Position numbers and translations under genes: made by a program. The notes beneath the pieces are model-generated. The model made no database searches. It saw only the letters and a list, made by a program, of their open reading frames with translations, and was not told the origin of the DNA. A DNA stretch of 61,677 nt, the filler included, from Choristocarpus tenellus KU-1152 (lineage: Eukaryota > Protista > Phaeophyceae), in the NCBI GenBank assembly GCA_964200185.2. It is 11 parts of 11 records of this genome, joined end to end, with 100 filler letters (N's around TTAATTAATTAA, not from the genome) between each part and the next. Parts side by side here need not be neighbours in the genome. Positions count along the whole stretch, not along the records: positions 38,041 to 41,994 come from CAXNAD020016954.1; positions 42,095 to 46,029 come from CAXNAD020017063.1; positions 46,130 to 49,839 come from CAXNAD020018377.1; positions 49,940 to 58,360 come from CAXNAD020004733.1; 7 more parts are not named here. One strand, 5' to 3'. How positions within the stretch are numbered: position 1 is the first letter of the stretch; the number at the start of each line of letters is the position of its first letter. Below, one piece after another: positions 38,502-50,029 of the stretch.

Positions 38502-40622
38502 GTACCACTATATTACCATAATTTATATCTTATTCTGCACACTCCCCCATGAGAGTGGAAGTAAAAGAACACACAGGTTGCTTCAACTCTCTCACACAAT
38601 ATTCATCTTATCAACACAGTGCCTACGAAGTCTTCTACCCACTTCTTCAGATGTACGAATACAGTGACGTACAATCGTGTCCCATCATGATCCCTCGCTT
38701 GGCGTATGGGTGAAGCTTTGAACCAGCTCCCCTCTGCTGTTTCTCTTGGTGGACATAGCACTCCTCCCCCAGGCCCGAAGCCTATCATAATTGAAGGTTT
38801 TGCCCGTCAGATGCTCACACAGTGTTTCACTCTTCCATTGAATAGGAGCATATTTCCTGTGACGCTCCGCCTCAATACAGGATCATTGTCCCAGTCCGAG
38901 TCCCTATACACTATGAGCCCTATATTGTCCCTCTCCCCTTCAGTGGGATAGTGTAATCCTTGCATCGGTGGAGCCTGGAACATAACATAGTACGTGTTGT
39001 AGTCCCTTCTGTTGCTACCTGCATGATGATTAACCAGCGCGATCTGGTTCTCTCACAGAGCTGCTGCTGTCACCAGCACTGTCCTGATTATATATTTCAC
39101 TGGGCAGAACGTGTTGAAGTATTCCACAACCTCCCTTTGGGTGAAACCCTGTGCCACCAACCTGACCTTGAACTATTCGATGGTTCCCTTGGTTGTTGGC
39201 TTTATCTTAAATTCAGACTTAGTCGTGACAGGATTTCTTTCCCATAACAAAACCTCTCCCTCTAAGATTATCCCATTCATCCATTGCCAAACCATCTTCT
39301 CCATTCCTGGTTTGCCATTTCTCGTGCATCAGTCCCTGCGAGTGCCTTTGATATAGAAGATGGCTCTGGATGGTCTGGAATCGATAGTACATACTCCCCA
39401 GACTTACCAGTCTTGTGCAGGCAGCTTTTTGCCAACAGCCTTTCCTGCAAGAGTCATCAAGATCTGCCATTGTGGCAACCATCTTGGAAGAGCAACGCCT
39501 TACCCTACAGGGGTTGGTTGCTTGGCTCCTTCTTCCCCAGGAATCGGAGGCTTAACTCTAGCCCTCTTACAGGCGAGTGGGGGGTTGTGGAGGTATACCA
39601 TCGCAGCAAGCACTTCAGATGTAGCGGCTCCTTTCCCCTCTGGTGGAGGCTTGGATACTGCTCCTGCTGATATCCTGCTCCTCTTGCGGCAGATACAGCA
39701 ATTGCTTTTCTCACCCTGTAAGCAAGAATCTTGGGGTCTCCAGCACGGGAATCTTGTCCTCCTCGTGTTCCCCATATATGACCTGCACGGAGATCTCGTC
39801 CTCTAGGCGTCCTCCATTGAGCTGCACGGGGATCTTGTCCTACACCCCCCATTGACTCTTTCTTTGTAGTTCTCCTGTGCTCTTCGTTCCTGTTCCGTAG
39901 GTGTCTCCGTGAGTTCATGGACGACGACTTTCGCCGCAGAATGTGTTATAGACCCTTTCCATCAGCATAACCCACCACAGATGATTTTCATGTTATCCAG
40001 GACTCCACTGACCGCTTTTTGGTCCTCCAGTCTAGATGGGCACCTTCTTCATGAGTCAAAGTATCTTGGAGGGTAGAGTCACGTCCATTTGGCGACCAAA
40101 ATACAATGTTGAATTTTTATTGTAATTTTGGCTATCGTGTTTGGTAGGAAGTGTCAATATCCTTGTTCCAGACACACCTTTCATAAGATACACATTTTAC
40201 CTGCTCCGAAACGTTTTGGAGTAGGTAAAATGTCACAAAAAATATATGTGAAGCCAAGTCCCAAATGGACAAACACGGCAAAATTCCTAACCTCTAAGAT
40301 ACTTTCACTCTCATGTCGTTCTTCATACCGTTGAGGCTCATAACCTGTGCCTCGTCTCCTTACTACCAAGGCTTATAACCTGTTCAATTAAACTTGGAAG
40401 GTATTGCCACTTGATCGGTAGTGAATGCAAGAAGTTGTGAAGTCTCACACCATTTCCAATTGCTGAATATGTTTACTTACATATTTGAAAAGAAAGGTGA
40501 TATTTTGTGGGATCTTCTTGCTTCTTTTATATGCCTCTATGTGAGTCAACGATTATGTCAGGGAATTTTATTTGTAGTACCACACCCCATACATAATCCT
40601 GTACTATCTCATTTATATCGCA
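38502..40622 (-). mobile_element. Internally deleted Ty1/copia element: 5' LTR about 40381-40622, PBS 40370-40380, RT/RNase H remnants, PPT 38542-38555, truncated 3' LTR 38502-38541
   Basis: Minus-strand peptides EPSSISKALAGTDARE, FKIKPTTKGTIE*FKVRLVAQGFTQREVVEYFNTFCPV, GLQHVLCYVPGSTD and VYRDSDWDNDPVLRRSVTGNMLLFNG. TTGAACA is followed by GGTTATAAGCC (PBS). The two LTR starts share AGTACCAC..CATAAT..TATCT on the plus strand. Confidence 0.85.
40053..40310 (-). mobile_element. MITE family B, full-length, TCAT TSD, nested in the Copia
   Basis: Ends GAGTCAAAGTATC / GATACTTTCACTC, with TCAT on both sides. Confidence 0.92.
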
Positions 40623-41669
40623 TGAACTCAATCACATGAACTCAATCCAATACCCTAACCTCACATCCATAAAAGCAGGGCACACCTTATGATTGTCCTA
40701 TTTTTGGACCATAACATGTATGGGGACATTCTCGTCCTGTGCTTTAAGAAAAAGTGAAAGGGCACACAAAGCAAACCTTCAGAGCGAGAAACACGCCTGC
40801 TCCTGTGCCTCTGAATTCCGCTAGAATGGAAAAGGATTAGGCTCTGAAGAGGTCAAGAATTCCTCATAGAGTTTGTTGAACACTATTTTGAGCTTCTCCT
40901 ATGAGTTTCCACCATCCTCAATTTGGCTTTCCAAGAATCTGATGGCTGTGTTTTTTTCCTTTGTTACAATTTGCATACCCTCTAAATTGTCAGCACCCAG
41001 TCTGCAATATTACTCCTCCCCGCCTAGAACTCCTATTTGGGTTACTTTTCTCTTTGCACCACGATTGATGAGCACAACTCCATGACGTCCTTGGTGAACA
41101 CCTACGTCCTCCAACCTGTTCATCTTGACGAAAATTGCAACAGCCCAGGTGTAGTAAGAGGTCAAATCTTGAACCCCTTGGTACGGGGAAGAAGGTTATG
41201 AAGTTCAGAGGGGGGGTTACATAGCCTCTTGTTTAGACAGGACTTTCGGAAGATGCCTCTGTAAGGAGCATCTGACGTGGAAGTGTCGTTGCATGTTCAG
41301 CTCTCAGTCTTGAGTGGCTTGAAATAAGATATATAATGCCTACATAAACATTGTTAAGGATGAACTAGAAGGAGAGATGATGAAGAAGCTCGAGGTAAGT
41401 GAGGTTGTTACACAATCATAACACACTGGTGAGACTTTTATGTGTCTGCAAACAGTGAAGCAGAACAAAAGAACCGCTCTGCACTCTGAATGGATGGGAC
41501 ATAGTACAGCTGTGAAGTAAGTCGTTCTTCTCTCCCTTTTCTGTCCCTCTTTCTTTCGTGCAGATATTACTACGACAAGTCCCTGCTAAGAGCACAACAG
41601 AAAGATGTGATGTCACATCAACTCGCCTCTTTTCCCCTCTCCTCTTTCTCTTAAAGTTCTTTGGATAAC

Positions 41670-41946
41670 ACTGTCTGCGCAAATAGGACAATCGTAAGGT
41701 GTACCCTGTTTTGTGTATACGAGATTATATCATTGGATTGAGTCCATGTGATGTAACTAATCGGATTGTAAATGGATTTGGTGGTATTGCATTTAAACTA
41801 CCATAACATACCCGTTGACGTACATACAAGATATAATATCAATAAAACAAGCAATAAGAAGACGCCCACAAGGTCACTCTTTAATTTCGTCCACCCATTC
41901 TTTTCACGTTCAGTAAAGGGGACCGTGTGAGGCTTCACACCTTCTT
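41670..41946 (+). repeat. Dispersed repeat family C (interrupted by MITE A)
   Basis: Aligns with 46303-46575 and 4061-4096. Confidence 0.8.
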
Positions 41947-41994
41947 GGCTCAAAGTATCTAGGGGGGGGGGGGCTGTCCATTTGGGGGATGGGA
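41947..41994. mobile_element. MITE family A left end at contig end
   Basis: GGCTCAAAGTATCTA-polyG-CTGTCCATTTGG. Confidence 0.85.
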
Positions 41995-42206
41995 NNNNNN
42001 NNNNNNNNNNNNNNNNNNNNNNNNNNNNNNNNNNNNNNTTAATTAATTAANNNNNNNNNNNNNNNNNNNNNNNNNNNNNNNNNNNNNNNNNNNNGACCCC
42101 CCCCCCCCTCCCCACACTCATACATGCCCCATTGGCGTGGTAATAACGATGCCTCATCCTCGCTGGATGGGTGCATAATATTTTCCGTTTTCTGCCCATC
42201 GCGAAG

Positions 42207-45200
42207 GTGGGCGTTCCTCCCCCGGCGAAAACAAATCTACGAAACTGGCAGCAAGGCGTAAAGTCCCTTCGACCAGAGTCCTTCGAGCTACTGAAGGAAG
42301 TGTGTGAGACCTCATCACCACAGGTCGATCGCAACGCAGTCACACTGAACTATCTGAGTCGCGAGGAGTTTGCCGGCTTCACTTCTCTCAAGCAGGGGCT
42401 ATACATCCATCTGCTTGCTAGGCAAGTCAAACCACCACTGCGTTTTAACGTGTAGACAGCAGTAAGCGCAATGTGCGCAGGTCGCAGCACATTGCACAGG
42501 AACGTTAAATAAGTGTCTCCTACGATGAAGAATGTAGTCGGCCATTGTTGTGTCGAATGAACAACCCTTTGTGGTATTGTGGAAATTCTGCGAACAGTGT
42601 GTGTTTCCTGTGTATGTGCACTCTTGTCTTTTCTGAACTACGGCAATCGATCCATGAATATTTTCTGTAGTGGCGACCCTTTCCTCATCATTACCTGCGC
42701 ATCGTTCTCATTGACGTCCTTCATGACCATTCTTTTTTTGCAGGTACAAGTTGTTCAACGGGAGGGTTCCTACGGCAAGGGACTACAAGGACATCGAATC
42801 GGACGTGCACATGTCAGAGATGGTTGTCTCGCGCACCAGGCAGATTGTGCCCAAGGAGAAGTGGACACCAGAGCCCCAAAGGTTGGTAAATGGTGCAGTT
42901 GCAGCGGTTATCTTTTTTTGTCTTTTCCGTATCTCCTGGGCACCCATACGTCGCCATGCGCCCCTCAATGGTAAAATATACTGACAGCGCCTTTTTCAGC
43001 ACCGTACTTATTGATTGCTGCAAAACTGCTCTGAATTTCGGACATTACGTGAATGATGCACGGGCTGCCAGGGAAATGGACAGGCTCGCATATGAGAAGT
43101 GCAATATGCACGACCTCTGGGTCAAGCCCCACTACGAGGAGAGGAAGAGGGAGGTGGCCCAACTTCTGCAGAAGGTTTCATCTGGCGACCAACAAGCGGG
43201 GCCCGTCTGGCAGCTGAGGGCAAACATCTCGACGGTAGTCGGACTGAAACCTCTGAAACGGGTCAGAGCCGTGAGTGTGCCTCCTGTGTTCGTAGTTACA
43301 GCTGAAATGGCTTCTACAAAAACAATTAGTTGACGCTTGGTAGGATTGGTGGTAAGTCTTCGTCATCATCATGAGCGACAGAGTTGCCTTCCCTACAACA
43401 AACGATGCTATTTTGTCAGTTCTAGTATTTCGTTGCTAATAGCGGGAATAGCCAATCGTTTCCTTCAACTCTAGACAATGATCTTGGTCAATCTCCACCT
43501 CGTTTCTGCCTCTAACACGTGTCACTGTCGTAACCTACAGACAGGCTGGCGTCCTCGACATTGACTTCTTTCAAACTATTTCACCCTGCAAGTCGCCTCC
43601 GTTAAACACGTTCACCATGTCAACCGTATCGTTTGCTCTGTTCGCTCCTCCGTGCTATCGTACTTCCATTACACTCTCCCATTCTTGACGTCATCATCGT
43701 CCCTTCCTCTCCTCAACAAAGTCCTCCGCTGTATCCATCACCAGATTCTCGAGAAGGACTCGAATCTATGCGCTTACCTCACCACCTGGGATGGGAAATA
43801 CCAGGATGTCCTCAACCAGGTCAACCTCCACCGGGTTCACAGCGGGCGGGGCTGTGATGGTGGCGGCGCAGACGTCGAGAGCAACAACGGATCGGCATCA
43901 AATGGCAGTGAGAAAGAAGACGAGGGAGGGTGTGAACACAACGGAGGGGATGGAGACGATGGAGGGGACGAACACAAAGGAGGGAACGAAGAAGATGGAG
44001 GGGATGGACTGCTATACAGGGAGTATACGGGCGAAGGGGGTTCTGTCGGCAGCGTTCCTGGTGCGGAAGAAGAACAAAACGGCCATGGAGGGTGGAACGC
44101 GGGCGTTTGCTGTACTGAATGCAATCCTCCACCTACGTCTCGGTGAGTAATCTAGTTGTAACAGTGCACGCGGGGATGGCGGGTAATTAATGGCGTAAGA
44201 TTGGTTTCCTTCCAATCCCCCGAACGGCTAACTAGGTTGTCTCTTTTCAGCGGTGCATGCCATTAAACCAGTGGAACTTGCGGGGTCCCTCTGTGTGTGG
44301 CGCTGCGGTCGTTACCCCCACGTCTCTTTGTTTTCCACTGTCCGATTGTGTGATAATGCATGTACATCACCGACTGTTGTATCTCACCTATACTACTTCA
44401 TACTGTTTTGCACCACCAATTTCGTGGTACTTCGTAAACGTGGATCCCTGCGTTGCGTTGTTGCGCCCAATTAATGATTTGGAAAAATAATATCCTGCCT
44501 CTTTAATGCTCTCCTTCAATGACACGCGCGACAGGTATTCATGCCCAAAGTGCTCCATCACGCATATGGCCGAATGTGCCTACGTGGAGATTGTAGACGA
44601 TGAGAGGCACAAGGATCGATTATGTATCAATTGCCCCATGGCACAGGAGGGCAGCGAAGGGTCTGGATTGGAGGGGAAGGAAGCGGAGGGTCGGGCCAGC
44701 GGCAAGGGCAAGGGTAAGGGTCACACAAGGAGCGCAGGTGGGTCACTCACCAGACAAAGCTTTTTACGTCCCCCCTCACGCAGCAAAACGGCGGACATGG
44801 AGAAGTGCATGTGGGTCTCAGCGTGGTTGCACATTATACGGACATACAAGTCGTCTCTGCGTGCTTGGTTTCGCATTGCTTTGCACGTGGTGGGTCTTGA
44901 CTGCTTGTACATCATGTAGATTGCTTGTCCTTTGTGCATTGGATGTGTCGTTTTTTTGGAGGTTTCCATCGACCATGGAACTTAGTGTTTTGACGTCTAC
45001 CCTCCTTGTGTGAGATGTATCTGATGGGTCTGGCATTGTGGAGGGTGCGGCTGGACGTTTTGGGGATGCCATCGAAATATTGTCAGGATCTCACTTAATG
45101 ATACGATTGCCTGCACTGTTGCTTACGACGCTGTCCTTCTTGTCGTGCTGTCTGTATACTGTGTTGTGTGTCATGATGTCCAACCAGGACTGAGAACACT

Positions 45201-46029
45201 GCACTACACGACCTTTGCCCTCTCGACCCTACGATACCCTTAGACGGCCTGAAAGAGTTCACGTTCCTAAACACGCCAAAGCTCGCCATAATGTCCATTG
45301 CCGCCGAGCCAAGACTCCTCAACGGCGAAGAGGCGACCAATGAACACTTGCGCCAGGTGGTTAAGTGCTTGCAGATGGACCTACATCCTCAGGGCACCAT
45401 CGTGCTATTTGTGCCCCAGTCGTGGGCCGTGTACTTACACCGCCTACACGGTGAGTTCGGGAGTTCGCCAGCGCTGAAATACGGGGTATATTGCTGGAGA
45501 CTATTGCAATCCGCCATGGCCGTTATCAGTCCGCCCGTGTGCCCATCGAAGATTGTGCGGCCGTTCAGGAGATGCGGATTATGTCATGTGTCTTTCTTTT
45601 TCACTTTCCCCATATTCTTTCATGTTCTTCATACCTTGTATTTCCTTTTGTGTCTCTTGCTCTTTCCCCCGGGTCGTTCGTAGTTCTTTGTGTCATTGTA
45701 AAACGAATCGCATGCCAGTGTAACTTGTCTTCACTGCATGATTTATGCCGTCTTTCCTTCTAGTACAGAATTTCCTATTGTTCGCATTTTTTTTTCCATT
45801 TGTTATTTGCCTTGCGTTCCACAATCATGGTACTATTATAATGCTAGTGGTGTGAGATTTCATGAATCCCTACGATAACTACTTGTGTGATGTCACTGTC
45901 AAGTTTGACGCATGCCGGACCCACGCGCTCGCTCCCGCCTTCTCTTCATTCAGGACCTCTTATGGCGTCGAGGGTGGGCTTGGTTGTGGAGGATAATCCC
46001 CTGCTTATAATATACAAGACGAGGGGGGG
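42207..46029 (+). CDS. Multi-exon gene, partial at both ends: unknown N-terminal region, acidic linker, PHD-like zinc finger and putative beta-class DNA amino-methyltransferase-like segment. Exons ~42207-42421, 42744-42881, 43000-43174, 43545-43587, 43722-44142, 44535-44804, 45188-45450, 45954->46029
   Basis: Seven consecutive phase-compatible junctions (two with GC donors) give one open frame containing CTEC-x9-CPKC-SITHMAEC-x15-CINC and LRQVVKCLQMDLHPQGTIVLFVPQSW...RVGLVVEDNPLLIIYK. The gene structure is well supported; the domain calls are inferred. Confidence 0.7.
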
Positions 46030-46129
46030 NNNNNNNNNNNNNNNNNNNNNNNNNNNNNNNNNNNNNNNNNNNNTTAATTAATTAANNNNNNNNNNNNNNN
46101 NNNNNNNNNNNNNNNNNNNNNNNNNNNNN

Positions 46130-46302
46130 TTTGTCCATTTGGGGCTTGGCTTCCCGTGTTTTTTTAATGACATTTTCCTACTCCAAATGTTTCGGAGTAG
46201 GTAAAGTGTATACGTTATGAAAAGGTGTGTCCAGAACAAGGATATTGACACTTCCTAACAAACAAGATAGTCAAAATTACATCAAAATTGCAACATTGGA
46301 TT
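46130..46302 (+). mobile_element. MITE family B, truncated internal part
   Basis: TTGTCCATTTGGGGCTTGGCTTCCC...GCAACATTGGATT aligns with 27369-27627 and abuts family C directly. Confidence 0.88.
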
Positions 46303-46757
46303 GAGGTGTACCTTATTTTGTGTATGAGATATTATCATTTTGATTGAGTCCATGTGATGTAACTAACGAGAAAGTACATCCAGATTATGAATGGGATTAT
46401 GTAGGGGTTTTTATTCTGCATTCAACTACTTTGACATAACGGTTGACTTATAAAGGAAGCACAAAACAATAATAAGACAAGCAATAGGAATACACCCCAC
46501 AAAGGTCACTCTTCTAATTTCAACAATGTAATCGCGTTCAGCAATGGGGAACCGTGTGAGGCTCCACACCTTCTTGTCTTCACTACTGATAAATAGCATT
46601 ACCTTCCAAGGTAAATTGCACATATAGTACAGACAGAATAGTAACAGAGTGCATAATCCGTAGTGCTGACCACGTGGAATAGCATGATGGAGACCAGATT
46701 TTCGTGGCAGTAAGTCTGGCATCGAAGGGCCTCAAACCCGATATATTCATATTGGTC
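46303..46757 (+). repeat. Dispersed repeat family C (interrupted by the Copia at 46758)
   Basis: The first ~270 bp align with 41697-41946; the extent beyond that is inferred. Confidence 0.7.
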
Positions 46758-49402
46758 TGTCGAATAACTAGTGTTATACTTACGTTGTATGTGCTGATAC
46801 GAGCATATAACACCGTTTCGTGTACGTTTATATTTAGCTCAGTACATCCAAAATGATAATGTACGTAACAGTAAGATGAGTCAGTCTTTGGTCATACGTC
46901 AGTGATAATTGGATTGCTAAGACAGGAGGTTGAGAGATAATTAATAAACCAGTGCACGTTCATCATATAATGCACCAGCAGCTTCTGGCAATTGAACCTT
47001 TCCTGCTCAAGGCTATTCAGTATGCTTAAGCGCCTTAATCAATATAGTCTAGCTAGAGGAGGCACAGCTGGAGCTGGAGTGGTTTGGGGTTGTGAACTGC
47101 ACTCATGGCGTTGAATGGGCTCCATACCAAACTCCTTCAACTGACGGATTCGGTTGATAATGCAGACTGATTCGCAACAACGCATGCTTTTTGGGGTGCC
47201 AGAAGGTGACATTGATGATGCACCAGAGGAGAGGGGACACCCTATCAGAGTGGGCGACATCGACTTCGTCAAGGGGGAGGATGTCAGTGAAGGTGAGATC
47301 GTCAAGGCCAAAAAGGCATATGACGTCTTGCTTAGGAGTACCACTGGCTTCTACAGGTGCATTGTTTGCAATGCAGCGTCACCTTCAGAGGCTTGGGGGA
47401 AATCGAGGCAACATTTTCTCATTCATTCAGATGAGGAAATCGCGGGATTGCAGAAGATGGTGATGAACGTGAAAATGCCAAGGGGGTCCGACCCCAGATC
47501 ACCTTTACCACGATGTTTGACTGGGTGAGCCAGATGGCGATGGTGGGACATCAAATGTCGGAGAAAGTTCTCAAAAGCACTTCACCTGGTAACCATGCGA
47601 ACTCTTTTAATTTATCTGCTGTTTTGTCTTACAAGAGTTGCATTGTTTGATAAGTTTTGTCTATTTTCTATTGAGACTACCCTTGTGATTTGTGTGAGTG
47701 ATGAGTCTAATAGAGTGTTAGCGGATGAATTCCCTCCAGAACCTAATACTGTAATAGCGGCATATAGTGCTCCTGAATGTGATTTATAGAATCGAGGTAA
47801 AGCAGAGATGTTTGATTTGTTGTTTAAATGACAGTTGAGTGGAGGTCGTGTTACTCCCTGGATGCAGGACAATTTACACCAAATAATAGATTCACAAGCA
47901 ATAATAATAAACTTGATAAGGAATGTCTGGTAGCAACAGTATTTTCGTGAGATTAAGGATTTAGATTACTGTGATACCTTTGCCCTGATGATATGGCCTG
48001 TACGTTTAAGATTGTTTTTCGCACTAGCTACAGGTAAGGATTCATGCATTTGGGATATGAAGTATAGTTTTATTAGTGAAGAAATTAGAGAGGAAATAAG
48101 TGTTCCTTTATGTGATGGATATGGTTGATGGTCAAGAAAGATTTGTGTTTAGTGAAAGCTCTTTATGGCACCAAACAGGCTAGCAGGGAGTTTAATCATT
48201 TGTTGGTGCCAAGTCTTGGAACGATGTGGTTTTGAGCAATGCATAGTGGATCCCTGTGTGTTACGCTATGTAACAAATGACATTGCTTGTGCTGTAATAA
48301 CATCTCACGTTGTGATGATCTTATGATAGCAGGAGTACCTGATGTTTTGATTCGGGGTCGCTCCTGGACCAAGGAGCAGCTTTACATAGGAGATTTTGGT
48401 GACCTTGAATACTACACGAGTTATGAGATTTCGTGTAACAAAATTGCAAAGACAGTTAGCATTAGTCAGACAAAATACATTAGGGGCATTTGTCAAAGAT
48501 TTGGTATGGATGGGGCAAAGAAGAGGGCGACACTCCCATGATCTCTCAGGGACTTTAGACAAAAATGAGGATCATCCAAATGTTGATGAAAATATCCCAT
48601 ACAGAGAGGCAGTTGGTAGTTTGATGTAGGCACCTGTCATGAGCAGGCTAGACATTGCAAATGCAGTTCGTGAGGTTGCCAAGTACAGTAGTAATCCCAA
48701 AGTCACACATTGGAGTGTAGTTAAGCATATTTTGGCATATTTGAATACGTGTCCAAGTGTTGGAATGATTTTTGGTGGTTTGATACTGAGTCTGTTTTGG
48801 AGCTTATTCAGCCATAGTTCCCTAGATGTTGTATTGACATGTTTGAGGATAACGATGTTGCATGCAAACTAGTATGAAACGCCACAAACTCTACCAGAAC
48901 AAAGCACATTTCATATCTGACACCAATTTTTAATGGACCTATCTAGAAAAAGAGAGATTCGTGTTGTTTTTGTTGGTACTGCAAACCAGAGGACAGATGT
49001 GTTGATCAAGAATTTGCTGGTAAGAATTTTTAGACAACATGTGAAGTTTTCGATGAACACGTAGAGAGTCAACATGTGCACGTGTGTGTTTTTTTACTAT
49101 TGGTAAGGAGGTAATGCTTGTTTTCAGCAAGGGGAGGATGTTGGCTAACTAATGTTGTACTTACGTTGTGTGTGCTGATACGAGCATATAACACTGCTTC
49201 ATGTACGTTTATCTTTAGCTGAGTACAATACAAAGTAATAACTGTACGTATTGGTAAGATTAGTCAGTCTTTGGTCATACATCAGTGATAATGGATGACT
49301 AAGATAGAAGATTGATAGAAATTGATAAACCAGTGTATGTTCACAATGTAAACCATCAGCAACTTCTGGCAACGAGTCTTTCCTACGCGAAGCGATTCAA
49401 CA
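46758..49402 (+). mobile_element. Internally deleted Ty1/copia element with both LTRs (46758-47022 and 49139-49402), a gag fragment and RT/RNase H pseudogene; PPT 49129-49138
   Basis: Two ~264-bp direct repeats (the 3' one TGTTG..CAACA). Gag-like KAYDVLLRS..IVCNAASPSEAW..KM..GSDP at 47154-47528. RT/RH motifs DYCDTFA, KALYGTKQASREFN, VDPCV, PYREAVGSLM, SRLDIANAVREVAKYSSNPKVTHWSVVKHILAYL, FEDN and RTKHI. Confidence 0.95.
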
Positions 49403-49816
49403 AGACCCCCTTCTCCTTAACCACTGAGACACAAAGATACACTGGGTCATACCCCAGTACGAATGCAAACAGTGCTCAGCAAAAGGGGGCACGCATGTTA
49501 GGCGACTGTGGCCACTTTCGAGGGTGAGGTACGGCTTCGTCATTCATATATGCACTTAATCTGATTATCTGTGAACTGACCTATCTGAAGATTGTAGTGA
49601 CATGATTGAATATGCCTCTCAGCCAACCACCTCCACTGGTGATCCGATTAGGTGTATATTTGTTGTTCACCACACTATAAATTATACCTACTCTCTATGC
49701 AGTGTATAAATTTCTTGGTCCCATGAGCGTGGCCCCCATGACACACGGCACCATGATCTCAGGAGATCTTTGCCAGTATTCTTTTGCTTCTGCTGCTTAC
49801 ATATACAGTTGCAAAT

Positions 49817-49839
49817 GGGTCAAAGTATCTGGGGGGTGG
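49817..49839. mobile_element. MITE family A left end at contig end
   Basis: GGGTCAAAGTATCTGGGGGG. Confidence 0.75.
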
Positions 49840-50029
49840 NNNNNNNNNNNNNNNNNNNNNNNNNNNNNNNNNNNNNNNNNNNNTTAATTAATTAANNNNN
49901 NNNNNNNNNNNNNNNNNNNNNNNNNNNNNNNNNNNNNNNCCTGTGGGGGAGTCTGTTTAATAGGTACAACCAGGTGTTAAGGGCTCTGGGGGGAATAACT
50001 TCGAGGTAGAGCACACCAGGACCAGAAAA

